Assembly (NCBI GenBank): GCA_002633005.1 | Contig: NMRA01000121.1 | Coordinates: 199,000-262,999 of the forward strand | Source of the DNA: Phoronis australis | Lineage: Eukaryota; Animalia; Phoronida | Direction of reading: 5' to 3' | Length of the DNA stretch: 64,000 bases | Part shown: piece by piece, positions 22,701-34,700 of the stretch | Numbering within the stretch: the stretch's first letter is position 1 | Layout of the letters: each line of letters starts with the position of its first letter | Translations under genes and position numbers: made by a program | Notes under the pieces: generated by a model | The model's input: only the letters and a program-made list of their open reading frames with translations | Told to the model about the DNA's origin: nothing | Database searches by the model: none

Positions 22701-25700
22701 TCCCTCACTTATTTACAGAGAAGAAGCTAAACCAGCATGAGTACACTTACCATGTTGGTGCACAATAGTCTGCGGTTGTGTAGGGTTCTGAAACCATCAC
22801 AGTATCACGTCATTATAATAAGAATAATTAAACGACTTGGACAGATTATGATTTAGTACTGTTACAGACCCACCAGTACAAAGCATACTGCTCTTGATAA
22901 TTCGCAAAATTGGTCTCTCATACCTCCATATTGACTGCTACTGGGGTAATGAGGTTTCAACTCATTTGAAATTTTTTGAGAATTAGTGGAAATATCACTG
23001 CAATTTGATCCTGAGATCATGAAGTGGAACTTGCACGCTAAGTCCTTATTGCTGTGATCGCTTGGTCAAATCAGTAAGAAACACAACATATAGCGACAAT
23101 GTGAATATGGAGTANTGTTGAATATTGCGAAATGTTCTTAAGAACGAGTTTTGTGTCAAAATGATCCACCGTATATCACTCAACTGTGTTCAGTAAGTAT
23201 CGTGACATGATGTTGAGGAATAACACTGCATGATGCGGGCTATGTGAGCCCCCAAGGTATGTCATTAGTCTGAAGATCACCTATTTGCATATTCTTTTGT
23301 TTTCACATTACAAGTTGTCAATGAAAACAACTGCACTTAATTTAGTGTAGATGATGTTCAAATAGCATTATCCTTTAGTTCCTGCTATGCATTAGTGCAG
23401 TTAGGAGCATGCAAATACATCAGTCTTTAGTGTTCGCAAGCCAAATACATCAGTCTTTAGTGTTCACAAGCCACTATGTTGCCTGATGCTTCACCAGAAT
23501 CGAGTCTTTTTAAGCTTTTTTGTGTCTTCGAAATTCTTATATCACATTTGTTTTACGTTACTATAAAATATAATTCACTTGGGGAATCTGAGCCCAAACC
23601 TGCATCAAGGCAACACAGTTCACTCCACCGCGCTATTACACAAATGGTGAGTGCCTGAACACTCAGCATGCAAACAAATACAGTGTGTGCCTGAACACTC
23701 AGCATGCAAACAAATACAGTGTGTGCCTGAACACTCAGCATGCAAACAAATACAGTGTGTGCCTGAACACTCAGCATGCCGACACATACAGTGCTCAGAT
23801 TGGCAACCTGCAGGTTAACAACGCCACCTCAGATTGTGGCGACCTAGGATTTTCCCCAAAATGCCAAACAAGGCTTGTGATTGTATACATGTAGAACTAA
23901 ATGATGGCTGTCCATTGTTTTGAAATTAAAAAATCAGCTGTTGTGTGACTATAAACATGACATTTTTTCCAATATATAATGTGTCTACTCCAAGCATCAG
24001 GAATTTTTTTCAAAACCTGTCCATGATTTGGGTAAAATGTGCTATCCGACTGATCGAACAAGAAATGGGCATGCCATTGAAAGTCCAAACATAGCCTCAT
24101 TGCATGAAATGCTTAGAGAATGCAATATAGACTTTCACACTCAGCCAGTATGTTGGTTTTAGATCCCAAAACCGCGATAATGACCTCAACTCTGCCTCGG
24201 TCATTGTGACATTTTAGGTCTGAAAACCAATAATGGCCACGACGGAAGTCAATAATTGCATAGTATTAGTGAGGAAAACAAATTTTATTCAAAAATGTTG
24301 AGGAAAAGAGGCAAGAGGGAAACTGAAGACACACTGATCAAAATTGATGCTTTGCTCCAAAGTTGGCAATTTTCGTAGTCAGACAATGGCGAAATCCATT
24401 TTCATGGTTGTGTGCAAGTGCATGCTTACCTTTGCAGCACCAGCTCCTGCGAAAATAAAGGAGAGAAATTAAGGAAACGGTTATAAAAGGACTGTGTCAT
24501 AACCTGAATGATATGCCTCCAAGTGATATTCATTTCTCAAACATTACACATATCAAACAATAATTCATGTTGTTCAATGCATGTAAAAGTACAAACCAAC
24601 CACAAACTACAAGGTGCTTGGGATATATGACTAGCTACAAAGCACTGCACATCACATTGTAGAACTGGATTCTGAGAAGTCCGCAGGTTCAAATTGAGCA
24701 TTTAATCGGGATAAAACAACTACATTTACTTTTCGTTGCTTCAATACTATTGGAAGCCTGAATTGGTGTTTAACATAATTTTTTGCCTTTCAAAATTGTT
24801 AAAAGTGCACTTTAGTCACAATTTGAACATCGTCTAATGCCAAGCTTAGGCTATTTTTGCAGAACATGCTAATATTACATCACCCTGAAGAGATGTAGAA
24901 ATTTAAGCTATGCACTTATAAGCAAAACAAAGCATTTCCTAGTAGGAACATTTAAAAATGCAACGTGCTCAAATATAAGGCCAAGAACTTACACTGTATA
25001 TGAAGCTACACCGCGTCTCTTTCGATCAACGTCAGTTATTTTTGTGATTTTTGCCAATGGGGCACCAACACAAATAAAAGTACTGAGAAATTTGATAAAA
25101 CCTTGGTAGGCTACAGCAATTCCATGAAAATAATGGAAAGTCTGATACTCATCTGTCGATCGTGAGTGAATGCTTAGGATGTTTTTAAACAGTTCAAAAA
25201 CTGGGAAATTCAAACATCAGTTGGAGGGCATGGAAGTTGCGTACATTTCCGGAGTGAAATTCTCATTAGACATTCGCTCCCGAACACACAGGCTATTTTA
25301 AAAAAGTATCGATTAAACAAATTGTGGCTGATGGACAGTAAACCAAGCACAGGACATTTTAAAGAGTTAGCCGTCGTGACAGGAAAAGTTATTTGTCTGA
25401 ATACTTTTGTTTAGTAACTGTACATGTGCGTAATATGTACACCGCGTACAACAAACAACGAGGGATGACCATTACTTTAAACATTGCCACAAGAGGGAGC
25501 CATACCAGCAAACTAGCTTCTAGTGTTCACAAAGTCACCAACAAACTGGCAAGAGAATCCTCTCATTAATAAGACTATATCTGCTGAATTCAACAGAATC
25601 AAGCAGCATGTTAGATTCCAAAGGTGGATAACAAAAAATTGTAATTACCACTACACAGCACAGCACTAGTGTCATTAGCCCAAAAATTAGGGGTTGCTGT

Positions 25701-28700
25701 CTAATCCGTAAAATAAACCTCCGAGCCTTTGCTGTGACCACAAAGATCACTAATATGGTTTATAAGAGGATTGGATACCAAATAAATTGCCATTAGGGGT
25801 TCCAAAACATTGACGAGTGCTGTCCCATCCGCAATGTATGCAATTGCTAAGTTTCATTAATTTTCGTGGCTTATAAGATAGAGAGCTGACTGCAAAAAAA
25901 TAAATCATACAAAAAGTACAATATTCACCTGATCCGTCAGAATTAAAACAAGCCCAATACATTTCTTGATATAAGCATATTTGTCAAATTTCATGAAGAT
26001 CAATCCCAAGACTCAGTAGATATTGAGGTATAGGAAGCCATAGAAGTCACATCGATCCAAAAATGAACGCCAGCCGTGCTCTCCCAGCAGGAACTTCAAA
26101 ATCCACAAGAAATTTGGTACATCTTGAGGCACACAACTGTCTATAGTCACTAATTTTCTTTTTCCTCACCTCACAAAAAGATGCACACAGGCTCGAAAAC
26201 TACACAGCGATCTGCATATCATACATCTGCAGGAAAAAGGTGTTACTAAACCCTATATCAACTTCACTTCACCTCTTCAATCTCGACAAAGGATATTTAA
26301 TCAGGCAGTTAAGTGGATTGAGAGATGGACATCAAAGACTAGCTTAAAAATAATAAAACGGCCACTAGGGGGTGCAAAATAATCAAATCATCCTCAAAAG
26401 GAAAGTTGTCAAATTTCCTGAAACTCAGACTGAGGCAAATGTAAAAAACTAAAATTGCCAAGTCCAAAAATTGGTGATTGATAGGATCAGAACTTCAAAA
26501 TTGCACTAACACATAACAAGAGGTTTGGAGATACAGCAGCACACAACAGACGGATGGACACCGGATGGGTGAGGAGAGAATGACCGCAAACCCATACTTT
26601 CTTAAGGATCGCAAGTCAAATCCAAACACACACTTGGACATATATTTTGAAACGAATATTCCTTCAGACGAGACAATACTATAGCCAGCTCACAAATTAA
26701 AACCAAGAGAGTCAATAAAAACGCATCAAGGCATGATTGTTTCACAGGTAGAAATTCATAGTTGAAAATTTACAGTAGTTACAGTTTTGGCGATTCCAAT
26801 CAAATAAGAGAAAATTCTAGGATTCAACCATGTATAATTTTCCCAAATAAATGGCCTGAGTGTATATGCAGAAAATGTTCCTTAAAGACCCCTACTGGCT
26901 TTTATTGACCTTTCCGCACAAAATGCCAATTGTGTACATGTGGGTGCACAAAATGCAACATTACCGAATAGTAAGGACACACTAGGCTATTTTGTGGGAG
27001 TTTACCGAATACCTGCAGTGTGCTCCCTCTTGGGTCCCTGTCTATCATTTGGTACTGCGTCAACTTCAACAGGGGAGTGGGACCTTCGACCACCTGGGTT
27101 TCCCTTCTCAGCGGTGTTCCTTTGAGTAGGCAGCCTCTGCGATGGTTCCCCATTTCCTCTCCCAGATGGTTTAACCCGGTGCACTTCGGTTGTGTTTCTC
27201 TGCACAGGGCGTTTCTCCCCTTGCTCACCTCCAATTGGGAGTGGCCTTTGGTGACAACCATCAGTGGTGTTCCTCTGAACTGGCAAATTTTTCTCTCGTG
27301 TGACCCTTTCATTTCTACTACCACTCAAATTGATAGAACCCTCAATCTCAACCCTGCAGTACAAACAATATTTAAAGTGAGTTTTAACCCGACTTCCACC
27401 AAAACTGATCTAGACCACGCATTGCATGAAATTGGTCTCCGATTGTTCCTTAGTCAAAGTGGAGGTGGTTTGAGGACTTGGAAAGAACTGACAATGTTTT
27501 AGTGCATGAGACGAGGCTCTAAAGGGTGACTTCTCATGACGTGTCATTTTATGTGTGGACAATGGTCTCAAAGAATAAACAATTGCTAGATCTTTGCAAA
27601 CCCAGAAACCCGTCTTATCTGACTAACAAACAAGTGGAGACCAGCAGTAAGTTAGAAAAAGTTAGAAACCCACGGCTCTTTGATTATTTGAATACATACC
27701 TCTCTAGATAGTGGAAAGAATATATGAACCAATAACATTTTGTATTTCCTGATCATTCATCGAGTGTTACTTTTAAAAATTGAAGCTGCAAATTATAATC
27801 AAAATTCATTTGTAGCAAACTCCACATTCGGATGCCACTCCACAATAACATGTTGTCCATAATCAACTAATAAAATCCCCTTGCAACTGATTGAAAACTG
27901 AAGTTCATCTTACACAATGGCCAATGGCTTGACAAAATTTTAAACTCCTGGTTTTCACATGTAATGACCAAGATGTCAAAGTTGGTGAATGTACTAACGA
28001 TGCCGAACAAGTATATAACAAGTAGATATATACATACCTGTCAGCTGGGTGAGGCACGCCGGCAGCATCTTCCTCAATATCACCGGACGGCTGGGCATGG
28101 GTCTGCTCACTCTTTGTAGGGGATGCTTCCTGATAACAGCAAAAAAATACAAAATCAAAATGCAGTTTCCATAGGTAGACAGGAATTTATTCATTTTCAG
28201 TAGGCCCCTCATATAGAAATTGAAAATTACATGTACTCGCACGCATGTGTTTTTGTGCTGTTTTAACTCAATTCATATGTTGGACAATTCCATTGGATTC
28301 CATTTATTTTGATGGAGACCAATTTTACATTGGAAAGTAACTCTAAACGTTAAATACTTCTTGGGCATTTCAGGGTTCAGGATGGGCATTCACAAACACA
28401 TTGTCAAGCGCTTTCACAGAAGTTGTGATCTTATAAGTTTTAACCACATAAATTCATTGGTTTGATCAGTGAAGAGATTTTGATGCCATGCAAATCCTTA
28501 AATGTTAATCGTCGTTTTTTGCGGGGTTGCGGAGTCAAGTCAACTATAGCAAAATCATGGCAATACTTAAAAGACAAGGTCACTCTCTAACCACCAATAT
28601 AAAACTACAAAAATTAATAATATCTGTCCATGTTTTGTATAGAAGGTAAATTAGTTTGAAACTGCATGAAACACAGGAACTATTGTGAAATTTCTATTAA

Positions 28701-31700
28701 AAAATTTTGACATCAGACTGCTTCTAGCCAATCACGTGTCTCTTACCTGTAATTAAACTACTGAGTACTGTAAAATCTCTCGAATTTCAGATGAAAATAA
28801 TTGCCAAAATAGGGCTTTCTTCCGATCAAGAGCTTCAAGCACTGCTGTTAATGATCACAATTTTTCAAAATATAGTTTGTTTGTAGCTATGGTACAGAGC
28901 TTGAATATGACAGTGTCATTTTGGCACTATGTATCATTTGTAAAAAATGAGAAAAATATTCAAAAATTTCACTTGTCCACCAAATTGTGTCCTAAATTGG
29001 TAAGTAAAAATGTTCTGTCGAAGAAACAGCTCCTTAGTGAAGCGTAATGGATTTTGAGATTGCGTTCAAGCTAAAGCAGCAGTGCATTTCCTCAGTATAT
29101 ACTTAGTTGACAAGACATAAAAGTGAATAAAGCCACTTAAGTTGATAAAATTGGCTACAAAATATAACTTTCTATGATAGGACTTTATTTCCATCACCAA
29201 CAGGAATATCAAAACTATCAACAACTCAACAACACGGTTCAGAGTTTATTGGTACTGGCCAACCTGAAGGTTGTGAATTCAAAACACATGTTGTATGCAA
29301 TGCTTCTGAGTGTCTGCCTCAATTGGAAACAATTCAAGGTCAGATGACCGAGGTAATATTATTAAACCCAGTTGAGAATTCAACATTAACAGCTACACAC
29401 CAATGAAATGTCCATTTAACTTCCATCAGTGGTAAATCAATTGTGTGGATCTTTAGCATATATTGCACATAGGAGTTGTTTTAACAATTTAGTATTAAAC
29501 TTGCATTAATAATAGGAGACTTTCTGAAAAAAATAGAAGCTGATCACATGGGAGCAGTGACTCATATTGCCACCTAGCTGTACAACGAAGTACTTTGTCT
29601 TCATAGTAAGTGGCATAAGGAATCACTTTGACTTTGTGTTAAGACTCTTTTACAATGTATGTGATTAGACGTGATGTGTAGCTATGAAGTGACTGAACTA
29701 CCTCTTCGTCTTCTAGAGGCCACTGGTATCCGGTCCCATATGACCAGTCGTAGAGTCGTTATTTGAAAGTCTCCCATTAAGTAAGTGTACCAGCTCCATA
29801 TCAGCTAAGCAAACTTTAGGCTTGGGCAGAAAGGGAAATGCTCAAGAGAGCTAGTTTTAGCTCTTTCCCATGAAGACAAGCAAAGAGTTAAGGATGGGTA
29901 AAACACAAAGGGCTTTAAAATGTTGAAAGGTAAGATTATGCTTTAAGTATAGTATTGTAATTGCACAAAATGATACTGAAATGATAAAATTGCACGGCAT
30001 GTTTCACCGGCAAAACATCTACCACATTCATGCCAAGGCTTGCTTAAATTGGGAATGCAAAAATCAGGGTATGGTCATTAACCAAGCAGAGGAGGTAAAA
30101 TGACAATTTTTGTGAAGTAGGGGGCATTTACCCAAAATGGTCGATTCAGGTATCCCACTCTCATTTCCTATGAAATCGGGAAAGTTTTAGAATGCATCCA
30201 ATATGCATATTTTCCCTAAATATATGCCCTGGAGACATCTGAAGAGAATTTTTGTACATATATGCTTATTGGGCCTGCCTACAGTAAACTGCGGAAGAAG
30301 ACCAGCAGAAAGGTCTCCCTGAAACTCGAAGGTAAGCCAGTTTTGTGTTTTAGGAGTTAAAATCCATGCAACAAAAAAAGAAGATGGGCATTCACAAATA
30401 CACATTGTCAGTCGCTTTCAAAGAACTTGTGATCATACAAGTTCTAATCAAAAAACAAACATAACAAATGACATCCAACAAGAGAAAGAACATGGTGCCC
30501 AAAGTTGAGCTCAGAAAAAGTCTCAATCGAAAGTTCGAGATGCTGACACACTGGATTTGCCAAGGCGAATTACTGTGAGTAATGTCAGTTGTAACAAGGA
30601 ACCGATGATGTCATTGTGGAAGAGAAAATATGAGGAGAAGAAAGTAGTACTTTTTACACAAGTGTCTTAAATGTTGAGTAGCTGAAAGGATGACAAGCTA
30701 CAGAACAGATCCATTTTGTTTGGCAATCATTGACTTTTGTACCTGTAGTTTGGGTCTCAGCTCTTCTATGGCTTTGGTGATCTTGTCGTCAAAGCCATCA
30801 CTTTTGTTTTGATTTATTTGTTCCACCAACTCTGCAAAATGAAAACAATCAATATTTAACAAAAAAATATCACAAGCCATTCCTGTTATGATTTTCAAAA
30901 TAGAATGCAAAGAGTCAAACAATAAAGAACTGACATATGCCACCAACTGCATATAACACCGAATAAGTTATGCACAATGGTTCCACTGAATGTTATCATG
31001 AACACTCTCATAATTATATACAGTTGTGACAAACTAAAGGAGTCCAACAATTGATGCACCAGAGTGGTATACAACAAAGCAGTCCAGACAGACTCTGCTA
31101 CATTACAGTCAATTAGCTTTACACTTCAAGCTCAAATCAACTCGGGGAAATTAAAGGAAACAGGGCCTATACAGTCAATTACATCTTTACACATCAAGCT
31201 GAAATCAGCTCCAGAGAGTTAAGGGAAAGAGGGACATTACAGTCAATAGCTGATTTTTGAAATAGCAGCGCCGTAGTGAAATTCTTTAGGCCTCTAGACT
31301 TCGATCAGGTCTTTAGTGGATAAGTATTCAGCATCACCTACAAACTCCATGTAATGCGGATGGAAGGTTTAGACCTAGTGGTATTAACATCTTTTTAACA
31401 TCAGTCTTACAATAATAATACCAGCAAATGCCTCACGAAAAAATGCAAACCTTTCGAAATATCAATTGATGAGCAATGATGCTCTGTTCCATACATTTCC
31501 CACTTCGAAGATGTATTCGCGACAAAGCCTGTGGCTGCCGCTGATAAAGTGGGAGAATTTCCATCCCATCCAGTATCAAAACGCTAAGTGAACTCATAAC
31601 CAATCAAACAATGGGCAGAGCTGACACTGGAATTTAATCCTCTGCTTATATATTTAGGAATCGTTAATGTAGTAATTGAATTTTTGTCCACCTAATCCGA

Positions 31701-34700
31701 TTCGTGAACAATCGGAAGTCACACTTATTCTCTCGTTACTCTATGAAAAGTCCCCTATTAGCTTACACGTCATCTTGAAATCAACTCCAGAGAATTAAGG
31801 GGAACAGGGACACTGCAATCAGTTATAGCTTAGTTTACACATCAAGCTGTAATGAACGTCATAGAGTTAGACAAGAGTTTTGCATGAAGATGCATCGCAG
31901 GTGCAACGTCTGATTTTACAACTGTGACAAAGCTCTGTAATTACAAAACACCATTTGCACTTTTCTAATAATAAAATTGATATAAAAAAGTCGTAAATTG
32001 TCACAATTATTGTGGTAACATGATTGTTTTAAGAACTTGAAAGTTTTAGTAATACTTTCTTAGTGAAGAATAATAAACAGCGAATTCAAATTGAGTAATC
32101 AATACAATTACGCAAATAAATTTTTTAGTATATCTTTTAGCCATGAACTAAATATCAAAGAGGAATGCTACAATTTTGAAGATAATGATCAAATTACTTT
32201 TAAACGTGCGCCTTTCCTCGAGTTCTTGACTCCAACTACTTTTCATCATGTCTTTCAGCCACTCCGGAGTATTTACAGGGATCAGTTTTTCATCTGGCCG
32301 TTCACCCCTTGTCACTGCGAGAGCGATACGCTCTAATTCTCTTACATCTGTCAACAGACACACACTGATTAATTTCACAAAGCACCCATAACTTCCCAAG
32401 TTTTTTAAGCATTTGATGTCATGAAAATTTTACGATTAGGTAAATTGACAACCTGTCCATTGTACATATTGCGTATACTCCAGGACTGAAAATCTTAATT
32501 CATGCCTTGGAACACCAACCATCATTTATAATTAAGTAATCATTGTTTTTGAGAAAATTGTCATTTAAAAAAAACGGAGGCTTAAAAATATATTCGTACA
32601 TTCAATACGCACGGTACTGTGTTGTAGATTTTCATATAGCCTCAAACAACAGAGATAGCTACTTTTCAATAAATTGTCAGACATCTTCATTTTTGACGGC
32701 CACCTCAGTAGTTCACAGGAAAATCGAAAATCTGTATACAGTTCCCTCTCCCATATACCACAAAATCAAGCACAAAATTTAATGTCTCCACCAACCTACT
32801 GTAGATAAATTAATGTTTGATGGTATCTGTTGAAAATCAAAAAACTTCAAAGTGGCCACATAATTCGAATTAATGTTGCATAATTGTCGTAAAAACAATA
32901 CCTTCAAAGAAAAATAGTGAGTAGCCATGAAAATATACCTTTTTGACTTCATAAAGCAGGTAAACATCTCATTGTTGGAAAAAAAAATCACGGAGATTGA
33001 CCAATACCTTAAATCAAATACATTGGAACTGCTAACATAAAAGAGTACACGAAGGTACTTAGAATGCTGTCAGTAACAGTCTGATGAGTTTAGTTCAAGA
33101 AATTAATCAATAACACAACCTATTTAACAAACAAAGCAGAAAATGGTTCAAAAATATGCAAAACATGGACTCACGCGAAAATGGTACTTCACACGTCAGG
33201 ATTTCCCAGACCACTATACCAAAGGCATAGACATCCTGCGCCCGGTCAGGAGCAAGGTTGATAGTCGCCCACTGCTCTGGAGCGACATGAGTAGTTGTTC
33301 CTTTCACCCTCTCTACACTCGAGACTTTACTGAAACTTCTGGAAATTTCTGGCCAGACAGACAATCCGAAGTCAGCAATCTAAAATAACAAGACAGTACA
33401 CAATTACTGACTTTCACCAAGGTCAATAGGTTGTTTCTCAGCACCCAAAAATGTGACAATGACCTCACCCAACAGCCTCAGTAATTATAAACTTTTTGGG
33501 GAATATGTTACAACAACTATCTAATGCAAGGCTCTCCTCAAAAGTAATTCACCTACCAGCTTCTATCATGATTCTTCAAGCAGTTTGGTAGGTGGACAGC
33601 AATTGAAAAAATAAGTGCGAAAACAATAAAAAGATGACTAAGGGATACAGCCTAGGTCAAATTCAAACAGGGCTGGGGCTGTAGTCCACACGGTTTTTCT
33701 TTAATTGAATGGAAATATACAGGAAGTAACATGGGTGCCACAGCACAAACAAAGATGACTGGATGGCCTTTTTTCTATTCTAAACAAACAAAAATATACA
33801 ATTCCACAGGGCATGAGTTTCCTTGCTTTTGGTTAGCTCATTTCTCAAGCTGGGAATTTCACCAGGAACGTATATAACGAGTTTACGTTATGTTTAGCGT
33901 TGAGCCACATGGAAGTACGACATATAAATTTTTAGAAAATCCATATACGAAGGAACTTGGTAGATATTGAGGAATGGACAAAAAACAGAAGTGCCAATAA
34001 AGTGCACCGCAGTAGTCAGAGCCATCCGAAAATAATTGTCAGTCACTTATTTTCAATAAGTACTGACATATGCCAATTTTAATAATCCTTAGATTGATTT
34101 AGCCAATAGAGGGGAAGCCAAAAACCAGTTTTGCCTCAACCTTCATCCTACCCCCCACCCTCTAGTCACCAACCATTTTCTGTCAACTCCTTCAGTAAAC
34201 ACTTGTTATACTCCATGAACTCCGACAGACAGGTTGCTGGTAGCAGTAATTGCAGAGGCGCTCCCACCCCCAATCAATCACTTCCTGTGCCAACATATGG
34301 TTTACAAAGAAGACAAAATACGAACAAAAAAATTATCTGATAGAGATCACACTAACAATTATTGGAGTGACAATGAGAATTGCCTCCAGGTCACCAATCT
34401 CAATGCGCCAGCATATTCCCCGTGTACACCTTGCAGCAAAAGCTGGACAAAATGTGAGATGACACACTAACATTTCGCAAAATCTACCTTGCTGTGATGT
34501 GAAAATGCAGTCAAGATCACCAAAGTTGACTGGCATCTTGAGATGTAGGTACCCAACAAATGCAAAATGAGAACAAAATGCAATTACTTCTTTCTTAACA
34601 AAATACTATGTCCTTTACTTCACACCACTGCACAGAGTGGAACACAGAGCCTCCATGGAATTTTTTCGTTTTGCATGTCTAACACAACGGCATGTCCAAA

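Noticed and set aside
23651-23794. 36-bp repeats resembling CRISPR repeat length, and the repetitive ORFs over them (23553-23777, 23685-23894)
   Set aside because: Head-to-tail copies with no unique spacers, no cas genes, and located in a eukaryotic intron: a minisatellite. The ORFs stay open only because 36 is a multiple of 3.
27002-27012. Alternative donor CG|GTAAAC at 27006 for RIPK1 exon 7
   Set aside because: It gives phase 2, which fits none of the downstream exons found. The 27013 donor (phase 1) fits.
29701-29805. Possible extra RIPK1 exon (minus strand, TTAG|CTGATATGG...GAAGAG|GTAGTT)
   Set aside because: Entered in phase 0 it would exit in phase 1, which is incompatible with exon 6. 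The donor is weak and the peptide uninformative.
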